Origin: Hormiphora californensis
Taxonomy: Eukaryota; Animalia; Ctenophora
Direction of reading: 5' to 3'
NCBI GenBank assembly: GCA_020137815.1
Contig: CM035356.1
Location: 4,588,001-4,652,000, forward strand
DNA length: 64,000 nucleotides
Part shown: one piece after another, positions 1-12,600 of the stretch
How the letters are laid out: every line of letters begins with the position of its first letter
Position numbering within the stretch: the first letter of the stretch is position 1
The notes under the pieces: model-generated
Database searches by the model: none
Seen by the model: only the letters and a program-made list of their open reading frames with translations
What the model was told of the DNA's origin: nothing
Program-made: the position numbers and the translations under genes

Positions 1-60
1 ACTCTCTCTCGATCGTCTACTCATCCTCAGATCATCTCAATCGCTCTCTCTCTCTCTCTC

Positions 61-489
61 TCAGAGTGTCTGATGCTGTGAGTGTTCATAACTCTCCTGA
101 GCAATGTGTTCCATAACCTCCGACTTTAACAGCTCCTTTACCTGCAGTGAGATTGTTACTTTAACTAGGGAGAGCAAGAGTGAGATTGCTACTTTAACTA
201 GGAGAGCAAGAGTGAGATTGTTACTTTAACTAGGGAGAGAGCAAAAGTGAGATTGTTACTTTAACTAGGGAGAGAGCAAAAGTGAGATTGTTACTTTAAC
301 TAGGGAGAGAGCAAAAGTGAGATTGTTACTTTAACTAGGAGAACAAACCTTGTATTTCAGGGAGATATCGTATCCGGTAAGTATGATGGTATCAAACAGC
401 TGTACTCCATATGCTATTAGTGCTTTAATAACGTTTACAAGCCGTGCTATTGTCTCACGTAGCGTCATTGATACCACTTCAATCTGAAT

Positions 490-566
<77 letters not shown>

Positions 567-3500
567 GAAGTGAGAGCGAGCTGTTCATTATTACTGTGAG
601 TTACACAGATTGCACTGTCTTTCGTAGGTTATTTGTGTGTTAAGTCTGTCTGTCTGTCTGTCTTCTGTCCCTGTCTGTGTGATCTGTCTTCTGTCTTTCT
701 GCCTGGTCTGTCTTCTGTCTGTCGTCTGTCTGACTGTTTGTACTGTCTGTCTGTCTAGTCTGTCCTGTCCTGTCCCTGTCTGTTATATCTGTCTGTCTGT
801 CTGTCTCACCGGTTGATCAGGTATAAAGTGTGGTCCGACCCATACGAAACCATTGCTGCCCAATATCACTGTAGCGTTACAGGCAGAACGGTGGAAAGTT
901 GAACTCCTTACTTTCGTTATTGATATTACACAACTTGGTACCTTGGGTAGAGAATAGTTTATTATGTGGAGATAGTTATTTTTTGAATGGATTTGGGCGG
1001 GGGGGGACAAGTTATCAATACATGTAGTTAAGGTGCTGAATGGCAAAATTTCACACTCGACTGGGGAAACCATCAAAATGGTACGAGCCAATTTCTTCAC
1101 AATGTGTCCAAAGATGGTCCCCAAACAACGACCAAAAACAGTTTTGTCCGTCTACGGTGGTGAGGGCATAGGGCCTATTTCCGATTTTATATGCGATGCG
1201 GACAAGTCTGTGAGGGGGGAATAACAAATCTTAAAGAAAGTTTGGCGGTTTTGGTCCCTGAAAAAAGGATCTACTCCGTGACCGTGGAACCCATCGTGTT
1301 AAGTAAAGAAAAAAGGGAAGGTAGAGCATGTCAAATAATTATCATTAACCCAATTCGCTAATGAAGATGAAAAAAACTAAAAACACATAACTTAGTCTAG
1401 CATAATTCTCGCAACTCCTCGAATCAAAACAATGTAATGGGGGAGTTGTAATATTGTACCCGGAAATGACTCACGCCCCGACCGGAAACCCCGCGTGTTA
1501 GATGGGGTGGGTGTAGAGCATGTGCACAAATTACCCTCAAAAAAAAAAAGAAGACCATACTGCTGAAAGAGAAATCAATTACATAATTGGGAAGGAAGGC
1601 AAAGAAAAAAAGAGATATTTAGTACGTCGACCACTGGCGGTTCTCGAAAATCGGTATCAATTGGAATTTTTTGGACCCGAGCAAAATGAGGCGAGTACCT
1701 GATACGCCTCAGATACCCTACTAAATATCTCCTCGTAAAGAACCCTCCCAGTGTATACCCCTCTTCACCCTCCACAGGATAACCCCTGCAAAAGCAGTGC
1801 TAAACGTAACCCAGAAAGGGAAATAACTACACCTGCGTGACCAACTACTGGGATAAAAAAAGATCTCCTCATGAGAATACCTCCGCAGTTACCCTCTGAC
1901 ACCTGCGCAAAAAGGTGAACCTCTGACGCCTGGGGAAACCCAAGATAGCCCGTGTGGTATACCAGGGCAACAACTTAATAGGCACCCCAAGGGGGGACCG
2001 GTGCCGCAGAGTAACAGCCCTGTAAACCACTGGGCGGGGGCAGTCATAAACCAAACCTCTGATCCTCCCAGAAAAGAGAAAGAAGCCTCATGACGAATGA
2101 GCGCGCGTCCACAAGGAGTACCCCTGACTGGACACGTATTGAAGAATACTAGCCCCGGCACCGTGGAAGACAACCTCCACGGAAATACAACCGCCGCTCT
2201 GACCTTCACATAGAGCCCCTGCTGACCACATCCCAGATAGACCCCTCTGACCCATGGCCCAAAGTGATGCCCTCTGACAACCTAGGGTGTACGGGAGACC
2301 CCCAATGCCCTCGCAGATAGACCCTCTCCCCAAATCTGAAACTCGCCAGATCTCCCTCTGACCCTCGCAGATAGCCCTCTGACCCCTTCCAGATAGCCCT
2401 CTTACACCACTCCCATATACCCCTCTTACCCTCCCAGATACCTCTGCCCTCCCAGATGACCTCTGACACTCCCAATACTCTCTGACCTCTCGCACAATAA
2501 CCTCTGGACCATCCCCGTTACCCTTCAACTGACACCTCCCAGATACCCTCTTACCCTCCCAGCTACCCTCTGACGCTACTAGAATACCCATCCCGACTCC
2601 TCGCATATGACCCTCAATCCCCCGCAGCCTGTCCAATACCCCTCTGGCCTCCCGGATACCCTGATAAACCACCTCTAAAGTGCTTTGGCCTAGCCAGCGT
2701 CCTGGTAGAAGAAAGAAGATCCCCTCTCTGATCCTACCTGATAAAATACCCCTCTGACCCTATATATTCCCTATGACCCTCCTAGACAATTTCCCTTATC
2801 GTCTTCCCGACCCGTAGGCCGTGCTTTGGGAGGACCAGAGGGGTATCTGGAAGGGCTTTAGAGTATCTAATAGGGTCAGAGGGGTATCTGGTAGGACCAA
2901 AGGGGTATCTTCTTCTTCTTCTACGAGGACACTGGCTAGTGCGGAGCACTCTCAGAGGGGTATGCATATAGTATGCTGGAAGTAGGGACTGGGGGAGGTA
3001 TCGTAGTAGGTTATCATAAGTGTTAAATCTTGTGGGGTTTTTGAGGGGTTCAGTAGTCATGGTCGTGGCGGGGGTAAAATACGGACCTTGAGTGGCTGTC
3101 GGGGACGGGTCTATAGGGTATCAATGTAGTTAGGGTCAGCAGGGCTATCTGCTAGGGGGGTCAGAGGGGTATGCTGGGAGGGTCTTATGGGGTCATTCAA
3201 GTAGGGTTCAAAAGTGGATATCTCAGGAGTGTCAGAGGGTATCGTAGAGGTCAGGGGCTATCTGGTAGGGTCATAGGGAGTATCTGGGGGGATGTGGGTG
3301 CAGAGGGTTATCTGTGAGGGGTCAGAGGATCCATACTAATAGAGTCACAGAGGGGGTATCAGTAGGGTCAGAAGATGGAACTTCAATAGAAAGAGGTCAG
3401 AAGGGTATTTGGGACGGTCAGATTGGGTATCTAGTAGGATCAGTGGGGTTTTGAGAGAGGATCAGAGTGCGGTATGCATGGAGGTCGAGGGGTATCTGGG

Positions 3501-6210
3501 AATGGTTCAGAGTTTATCTAGAGGGGAAAATTGGTCAGAGGGGTTATGTGACGGTGCAAGTGGTAGTCAAAAAGGATGTAGTCAAGGGGCTATCTGGGGC
3601 AGTGGTCAGTATGGTTATCTATGAGGGTCAGGAGGTGGGTATCTGGGGACGGTCAGGGGGGATGGGCTTTGGCTTGGAGGATCCAAAAGGGGTATCTTGC
3701 GATGGTCACGGTCTATCTGGGAGGGTCTGGGGGTTGGGTGAAGATCTGTATGGGTGAGAGGGTCTATCGTGAGGAGTGTCAGGATGGGAATCTAGGGCTG
3801 GGAGGATGCCCATTGTTATCTGGGAGTGTCAGAAAGTGGTGTACACTGGGAAGGGAGGTCAGATGAGCCTCTAGTAGGGTCTGAGGGGTATCAGGGGAGT
3901 GGTAGCGCTACATGGGGGGTGGGTTCCGTAAGGTCCAAAACAATCCAATTTTTCAGATTTTTCGAGAAGTGGTGGTCGACTAATTATGTAATTTATCTCA
4001 TCAGCAGATGGTTTTTGAGAGTGTAATTTTGACCTGCTACTACACTAACCCCCACTACCGGGGAACGCGGTTTTTCGTCGGGGTGGCGTCATGTTCGGGT
4101 CCAAACTCCAATTTGTTATTAAGATTTTTGCCGTAATTACGTGATACTAATTATGTATATTATCAGCCTCATTATCGGGGGAAAAGAATGGTTTTAATGA
4201 TTAATTTGACAATGCTCTTACCCCCCTAACACGATGTTTTCCGGTCGGAGTAGCCCTGTTTCCGGGACCCGAAACTCCCAGGAACTCCAATTTTTAAGAT
4301 TTTTTAGTCCCCAACCGTCACAGTACTTGATTGCGCATGCATATAAACAAAAACCGGAATGGAACCCTCTAAGCCCCGTCATCCCGAGCCGGACAAAAAC
4401 TTTTTGGGTTTTTCTGTGGGGGGTGACGACATTTGGGAACACAATTTGTGAAGGGAAACATGCTGGGGTACCAGTTTTATTTGCCCATTCTCGGCGGGAT
4501 GCAAGCCCGCATGCCCCTATACTGGGGATGGGTCCTGGTACTTAGCACTGGCACGTGGCCAACTATATTGTACACACATAATTACAATCCAATTTTACCT
4601 TGATTAGGACTCCCTCGGGTAGTTTCCCATATTTCTCGTGTGTCTCATGTGTAATCTTTACCTCCATCTAAATTACCCACCTCCGACACTTCTGCCTAGT
4701 GGTAATATATCAAGATACAGTCGGACCCCGATTTAGGGACACCCTCGGGTGAAATGCGCTCGTTGCCACTAAACGGGGTGTCTACTAAACGCCTCGTCAC
4801 CTTCGTGGTCATAATAAGGTTAAATTTCCTATTCGGGGTAAACAAAAAAGAATCCTGTACCCTAAATCGGGGTGCCACTAAGTCGGCGGGGGGCCCCTAA
4901 ATCGGGGTTCCGACTGTAATTGGATAGTTATTTACTAATAGCTACTAGTTTTGGTGGGGGGTGGTAGTCGAATTGGTTGATGTTATTGTGATTCACAGAA
5001 ACCCCAACTCAACCAGAACTGTCCAGCGGAGATATGTAACCGAGATATTTAACCAATATTAAACCAAATATTATCCAATAATAACATTAGTAGGTAACTC
5101 ACAAAACAAATAAGATGCTCCGGGCTCTACTGCTAAAATATTCCGCATCATCATCGAGCTCAATCGTTAAGAATTCTTCCGTCCTGCAGCACATTTCCAG
5201 GGAGGTTAGACAGGAGGTGAGAGCTGGAGTGTTGGCGTGCTAAACCCGTGACCTCCCAACAGTCAACCTAGAGGTAACTCAATGTGGGAACATAAACGTG
5301 GAGCAATGAGACCGTAGAAATGTAAAATCGTCTAACAATTCACGCAATATCCCCCGGAGGTTCTGTGTGCTACATGCGGGAGCTATATATAGCATGTATG
5401 TATACTATAGCTATAGTAGCTGCTAAAAACTACCCAGTTTTGTTTATGAAAATCCTTTAGAGCATGGGTAAAGGGGGGGGGGTCATGTAGCTCACCTTCC
5501 ACTTCTTCTGCTGCACCTCAGTCACTCTGCCTACTCAGCTGTCGCCCAACTGGTTTTGTCAGCGCCCTTCACCGCCTGTACCTACTACCTGACACGTCTC
5601 ACAGATACCAGCTTGTCAACCTGAGAGGAGAGAAGAGAGAGGAGAAGAGAGAGAGAGAGAGAGGGAGAGAGGAGAGGGGAGAGGCGAGATAAGAGAGAGA
5701 GATAGAGAGGGGGGAGGAGAGAGAGAGTGAGAGAGAGAGAGAGAGTATAAGATAGACGAGATAGAGCTAAAGCTGGATATAGAAAGAGAGTATATAAAAC
5801 ACAGACATCCCTCAGTACCACGGAGCAACGGGGGTGTTAATTGGCCCTCCTAGCTACAGTAGAGCTGATGATTAGTCATGACCCACTAGGTCCATGGACT
5901 TCATGACGTCAAGATTTTGTGTTAATCCACGTCACTAACCGTTAAAAAAGTCGTGTTCGACAAGTGTCGGTAAAAAACTAACGTATTGGGGGTTAACTAA
6001 GTGTATTATCACCATGGTTACACACCACTTAAACCGGATGGTTACGGGGGTACGGGGGCGCCTTGTTACAATGTACGCGTGGTGTGGCACGGAATGTGTT
6101 GTTTGGGGGTGGCTTCCAGATCCTCGATCCTGCGCTGCGCTATCATAACTCGTGTATCTCTTGTTTGAAGTAAAAAGGGAAGAAAGGGCGCCTGCGACCA
6201 AGTCGCCATC
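61..6210 (-). CDS. EXOSC2: Exosome complex component RRP4, multi-exon; 5' limit approximate, error-rich sequence
   Basis: Manually translated exons: ~5496-5620 VDKLVSV...VGRVTEVQQKKWK; ~5100-5268 NLPGNVL; ~4598-4696 AEV...KYGKLPEGVLIK; ~808-940 FHRSACNATVILGSNGFVWVGP; 349-484 RETIARLVNVIKAL...LFDTII; 61-142 VKELLKSEVMEHIA...stop. These are collinear with Rrp4 motifs. Confidence 0.88.
147..342. repeat. ~33-35 bp intronic minisatellite (GTGAGATTGTTACTTTAACTAGGGAGAGC) filling the last EXOSC2 intron
   Basis: About 6 direct copies between the donor at ~348 and the acceptor at ~143. Confidence 0.9.
950..4560. mobile_element. ~3.6 kb foldback/palindromic element with an internal ACCCCTCTGA-type minisatellite, in an EXOSC2 intron
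   Basis: 1061-1150 mirrors ~4390-4490 and 1460-1545 mirrors ~4010-4100. The minisatellite reads CCCTCTGA in 2200-2800 and TCAGAGGG in 2830-3900. The axis is near 2815. Confidence 0.7.
4718..4916. mobile_element. Tc1/mariner(pogo)-like MITE
   Basis: Inverted ends CAGTCGGACCCCGATTTAG and CTAAATCGGGGTTCCGACTG, with TA on both flanks. Confidence 0.8.
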
Positions 6211-6654
6211 ATTGAGCTATAACTTGGGGGGGGGGTACATGTGAATCCAAGATGGGTGGAGGGTGGTGGGGGTTTTTAAATTGAGTGCTAATTGGGAAGG
6301 AGTGGATGGGGTGGGTGAATACAGGAGAAGAAGGAAACGGGTCGGTGAATCCAGGTGTGGGAGTAGAAAAAAAATATAGGGAACAAGGCGGGAAGCAAAT
6401 TGACAAGTATCAGATGTATCGTAAGGAGAAGGTTGTGATATATGGGGTTAAAAGCAACACTCATGTTCAATTCCAGTAACACACAAAATCCCTTATAACA
6501 TTTTGACCCAAAATCATGAATTTCTACTGAAAGAAAAGAGTTCTAAATAAAAAAGAACAATCACTCGGACACGTTGGGGAGAGGACCATGTTAGCTCGCA
6601 CTGTCTACCACTTTTTCCAACAAAAAAAGGTATGGGCCGGGGGGAGGATCTCAA

Positions 6655-9600
6655 TTAAAATCTCGTTGGAACCCCGCTGATGGCACACAAAGCCTAAAAC
6701 AAACAGCAAAACGTCCCAGGCAGAATGGAGGGCAAAGTCTTTGATCTTGTGCTTGGTGGAAGTATGGTGCCACTGGCTAACGTTACATGTTGTATCAGCC
6801 TCTTCTGGGGTGCATCAGCCCAAAGCGGTGGGGCTGAGATGTGTTGTTCGACCGGGCCTGGGGGAAAGGGGAGTGGTAAGGGACATCCATTGCAATGGTA
6901 GCAAAGAGGTGGGATGGAGCAGAGGGGGTTGTTAGGAGATAAGATATTCGCTTTAAGGCTGTCTTGGCCCTAAAAGGCAATTGGGGGGGTCAGGCCCACA
7001 AGAACGGTTGATCTAATGGCTCTAGCAACGGGCAACGTAACCAGAAACCGATTATCTTTGAGGAGAATGTAGAATCACTTGAGGGGGTGACCCGCATTAA
7101 CTTGAACCAGATATGATTGTTTCCAAGTGAACACTAATTGTGGAGTCCTCTAGCCCACCCATCTTAGCACACACACTGTCAGGGAGAGACCCATTATAAC
7201 AACGTCCTTGGGTGGTTCCCAACGATGTGATGAGTCGGAGAAAATGCCAGATTACCCATCTTATATCCTCCTTTTAACGAGATGATGGGTTAAATGGTCC
7301 CGCCCTCTTCTTCTAAAAACAGATTGAATAGATATAACATCCCAATCTTCTTCTATCACTTCTAAAACTACTCTGGGCACTCTCGTTACTTGACACTTCT
7401 AAAGAACTATGCTGGGCTACTGAACGAAAAGTGGGGTGGCGGTCATGGGGATTCTCGGAATAAGTTATCTCCTGAGTGTACAATCGGAGTATGACATGCT
7501 ATGTTCTATGTCTGAAAACCCTCAAGCACGGAGAGGGGGCGATCTAGGCAAACATGACACTACTTGAATAAACTTGGCTACATCCTTTCTCCACCCTCAT
7601 TGGGGATGTGTGGTCAAGGTAGTAGAATATATTACTTAGATTTAGTGACTTTTTAGACTACTAAAATCACACTATATTGAGGTAAGCAGAAGAGTTAACT
7701 ATCTCAAGTGTCCAATCATTAATTATTGAATGTTACAAAGGTGTGTTAGTACTAACACCCCCGTAATATCTAGGGGTTGGTAACACCTTAAAGAAGAAAG
7801 GGGGGGGGGGGAAAGAGAGAACTTTGTACTAAAGCGAGCCACTCGAAGCAGTTGGTTTAGAGGTTAAAAGCAAGTTAAACCGGAACATTAATTTATCAGT
7901 ACAATGCGGGTTATCTTTTTTCTGCGCTGGTCACTAGGCAACTCACATAAAAAAACGAGCAGTTGTTGCTGGAAAATGGGTGTGGAAGACATGTTGCGTA
8001 TCATTACAACACCCCGATGGACATAAAAACAGTGGATTTTACCCTCCCGGAAAATATCTGGACGATTGCCAAAACTGAAGAAACCCTGAAGATTTCCTAC
8101 AATGGCCAATCTGCGGTTAACATTTTTCCCAGGTTTGATATAGACCAGAGAAAGGTTTCATGACAAACTGGGGGAGGGGATGTTTGTTATAGAGTGTACA
8201 TAAAAATCAAAAAACCCTGACCATGACACGGCATCTCTAGGGTACAGAGCCGCCTAATAAGTACGTGGGCTGGGTTGGTCAGGGATGACACTCGTCCTTA
8301 GTTATACTGTTGAAGAATCTGGGAATATGTGACCATATTTAGACACGTTTTATCACAACTCCAGGGGACTCATACTGATTTTCCGTCTTTCACACGCTCA
8401 TCTTGAGCACACGACAAGGTAGACACAAAACAAAAAGGAAGCGGGTGTATATTAAGAAAAGGGTGAGAAGGAGAAAATCATGATGCAATGGTACACGGGG
8501 GGGGGAACATTTCAAATTGCCGAGTGCGAATGCGGGTAGAGGAAAAGGGGGGTCAGCCTGCATCTTGGAAAAATGCTCAGCTGTGACAGTAGGTGAGTGT
8601 TATTGTAGTGAGAAATGGTAATGGTAGCGTAGGTATATGTAAAGGGGGGGGGAAAAAAAAAAAAGTAGCATTATGGTTTTTGGGTCTATAAAAGATATAC
8701 GTGTGTTAGGAAGATGGGTGTCAAAGGGGGGGGCTACCCCTTTCATGCTGGAGGAGGGGAAAAGAAAAAGAAGGAAAAGGTGTACAGTTGGTCCTATTGT
8801 TGTGTGGGTGTGTCGTCGGAAGGTTGTTGGTTTAACCCAAGTGTATGGTTAAAAAAATTCGGCACATGGGGAAGGTGTGTTTTCTCTTTTATAAACATGA
8901 ATTCGTATACACCAGCATTTTATATTTCTCTAAGACTCATTCTCACGAAGGACCAACGCCAAAAACCAAAACCACACCAAACCAAACCAACCAAACCAAA
9001 CAGGCAAGACCAGCTGCGAGAAACCCCAACAATGCATCCACCTAAACCAAACCAAAAGGACCAACAAACCAACCCAAATTGCCCACCAAAATGCCCACCA
9101 AATGCCCACCAAAAGGCCCACCAAAAGGCCCACCAAAATATCCACCAAACCAAAAGGCCCACCAAATGCCACCCAAAATATCCACCAAACCAAAAGGCCC
9201 ACCAAATGCCACCCAAAATATCCACCAAACCAAAAGGCCCACCAAATGCCACCCAAAATATCCACCAAACCAAAAGGCCCACCAAATGCCACCCAAAATA
9301 TCCACCAAACCAAAAGGCCACGCAATGCTCCCCGGACAAAATATCCACCAAACCAAAAGGCGCAGTACCAAACCTGCGACAGTTGAGTCGATCGTGTGTG
9401 TCACTGTTAGTCTCCGTGTTAAGAAGAAACAACTCCCGGCGGGCCCTCAAAGAGAGAAATGTCGCTCAACATTCTCCTCACAGTCAACTACTGCGCTGCT
9501 CAAACTCTGGAGGGAGATATGTTGTGTGTTAAACTGCATAGTTAAACTCTGTTAAATTCCCTGAAAAATAGTACCCTAGTTTTAGATCCTATAGCAGCAC

Positions 9601-12600
9601 CAGCTTGCCTTGTTCGAACCGTGTAATGCAAATGCAGTATGTGGACGGAGGGTTAGAACATCAGCCATCGTTAAAAACTTGCCTTTTTGTGGGTTTGTCG
9701 TTGGAATATTTTCTCCTCAATAGTACCGGTAGTTAGAAGCCGATAGATAAACACAGGTTTCTTCTGCCCATCCCGCCGACAACTCGTGAGGGGGGGCCAC
9801 CATCGCTGGTTTTTTCGTAAAGGGGAAAAAAGAGGGGAAAGAAGGAAAAAAAAAAAAAAGAGTAAGGAGAAGGGAAAAGGGGGAGGAAAAAAAAGGAAAA
9901 GAAAGGGGGGAGGAAAGCCAATTTAAACATTAAATAATTAAAGACAATGGAGAAGGTGAAAGTATTAAAATAAAGGAAAAATAAGAAAAAAGGGCAAGCA
10001 GGAAAGGAGAGAGAGGGAGGAGAGATGACAATGGACAGAAGGATAAGACAAGGATGGGGGAGAAAGGAAAGGAAAAAGCATAGAAGAAATAAAGGACGAA
10101 GGTCTACCTCAGAAAAATAGTCTCTTCACCATAATGAATACTGCTTCAACAAACACCAACCTCCACTGTACATACCAACAGAATACGTGACTAGTGGAGC
10201 AGTCACCGAATTCCGGTAATCATACACAACTACCCTAGAGCATGCAAAAGGGGAAATTCCTTTTCGTTCTTCCCCTCCCTGTCCCCCTCCCCCCCTCTAC
10301 TTGACTTGGGAGGACTAAAATACCTCACCCACTCGTAGGAGGGGGTAGGTGGCGGGGGGTTCAAACATCACCAATATTTGTGGTTTATATTAAGCCAAAA
10401 ACTAATTGAATTAGTTGGCGGGAAAGGTGGCCCACTTACACCTTTTGCTACTGCCGGGTATCACCAAGAACCTCTTATTTCTCTCCCTCCAAGCTCGGTA
10501 TCTCAACTCTCTTATTTTCAAGGGGTAACTTTATTCACTGTTCGTTCTTATCCCTCTGAGTGAAAATCCTTCCTACTGTTCTCTCTCTCCACTCTCTCTC
10601 TCACTCTCTCACTCTCTCTCTCTCTCATCTCTCTCTCTTCATCTCTCCTCTCTCTGCTCTCTCACTCTCTCTCACTCTCTCTCTCTCTCTCCCTCTCTCT
10701 TTCACTGTCTTATTCCATTGTATTCACCACTTATATCCCTGATCCCGGCAGCAGGCAAAGGTGTAAGTGGGCCACCTTTCCCGCCAACTAATTCAATTAG
10801 TTTTTGGCTTAATTTAGGTCCCTTTTTGGTTTTTAATTGCAGCAAGACATTATTTCATAATGTAATATTGTCGAAATAATGCGATATATGAGAAACGAGA
10901 CGAATTTCTGTGAAAATCGTATTTTAGACGTCATTATGACGTCATTTGACGTAATTAGTGACGTCGTAACGACGTAATTGCATCACGATATATTTTAAAT
11001 AAATACCCCAAAGGAGCTTGTAAAGTTTCATTGACCACAGTGGTCAGGAAAGGGAGTTTTTGTTAGAAAAACTTTCAATTTGCTGAATTTTCCCTCAAAT
11101 TTTTGACTTCCGACGCGATTTAAGGGCTCAAAATGATCAGCTACGAAAATTCGCAATATAGTATCTGAAAGTTCAGACGATTTGCCGGTAACGATTTTCC
11201 GTCAAATCAGAAATCGGAACACGTCTTCAGGGTGCTACAGGCGTTTGAAAAAAGTTAGTCGGTCTCGCGCAATGACGTCACTCGTGACGTCATTGCGCGC
11301 GTCACAGGAAAGATGGAGAGTCGCCACCGGAATGGGTACATGCACGAGACAATTATCTGTCGAATGCTGCTTGGTTTAAGGTCGTACGATGTCTGGTTCG
11401 TCTCAAACTGGGACCAAACGGAAGGTAAAAAAGCGTCTATACATCTATGTATGTATGTATATATGTATCAACCTAGTTATCCCCACACTGAATTTTCTGT
11501 TTTGGGGGTGGTGTTATAACTTTTGAACAAATTGAGCTAGCCACTTGAAATTTTTACCATCGATAGATGGCTACAAGAAGCTTCTGAGTACAAAATTTCA
11601 GCTTCCTAGCTCATCCGGTTCCGGAGTTATGGCGTGTCGAAAAGTGCCAAAATGGGCTAAAAGTATGAAATAACTATATATAGGGTAGCCACTGGCTATT
11701 TGAAACAGTTTTTCACTTTTTTCCCTTGCCTGCCCACAAATCAAGTCGAACCCAAATTTTTTTGACCTTGTGTTACCGAGACAGTCCCTGGGTAGTTTTT
11801 TGGGTGGTTGGAGATGTCTCATTTTGTCTTCCGGGGCCAGGGTCACGTGATATCTATCCAAATTTGGTGTTTCAGATAGCCCGCCTCGGTCTGCTAATTT
11901 GAAACACCCGTATCTCCCTCAATTTCTCCACGAAACCGAAATTTTTGACATGGAATAGTTAGAAAAGGGTTGTGCAGAGCCATTCCATGTCTGAAATCTG
12001 AATTTGTTTGCATGTGCTTGGTGCAGTGAATGTTTCCAAAAATTGTTTCAAATAGCCAGGAAAACAGTTTTTGCCCCAAATTCGGCCAATTTTTGGCGGA
12101 AATGGCTAAACTCATAATTCATATCCTCCCTATGCCCAAAATGAACATCAAAAATTTCCGACAGCGGATTTGGAGAAAAGTGTTTCAAATAGCCCTCCGC
12201 AGTGTTTCAAGTTACCAGACTCACTTGCCCTGCAGCTCATAACATAGCGAAAACCACTGAACCCGACTAATTTCGATACGCTGAATCACGTAAGCAACTT
12301 TTCCAATCCGTATGAGGTCGATAAAGTGCCCTAATTGAGTATAATTGGGTCTAATTGACCTTAATTGCTCAATTAAGGCATTTTCCCGACCTCTGAGGGA
12401 TTGGAAAGGTTGCTTACGTGATTCAGCGTATCAAAATTAGTCGGAAAAGTGCCCTCACATAAGTATAAATCATTTCCAGATGAAAAGTTGTAAATGGGGT
12501 AAATAAGACCCAATTATGCTTAATTAGAACACTTTTCCGATCTGAGACGGAGCCCAGAGGTTTAAAAAAGCTATTTATAATTATATTTAAGTTTCTCAAT

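Noticed and set aside
8714-9555. Pro/Lys-rich or Trp/Gly-rich repeat proteins
   Set aside because: Translations of a 40-bp intronic minisatellite, open in many frames.
4598-9790. EXOSC2 and RAD54L as pseudogenes
   Set aside because: The frameshifts fall in a region with pervasive indel noise, and exons in clean regions are intact.
10385-10815. ~80-bp inverted duplication around a (CT)n tract
   Set aside because: It lies at the boundary between noisy and clean sequence, so a head-to-head element cannot be distinguished from a join artefact.
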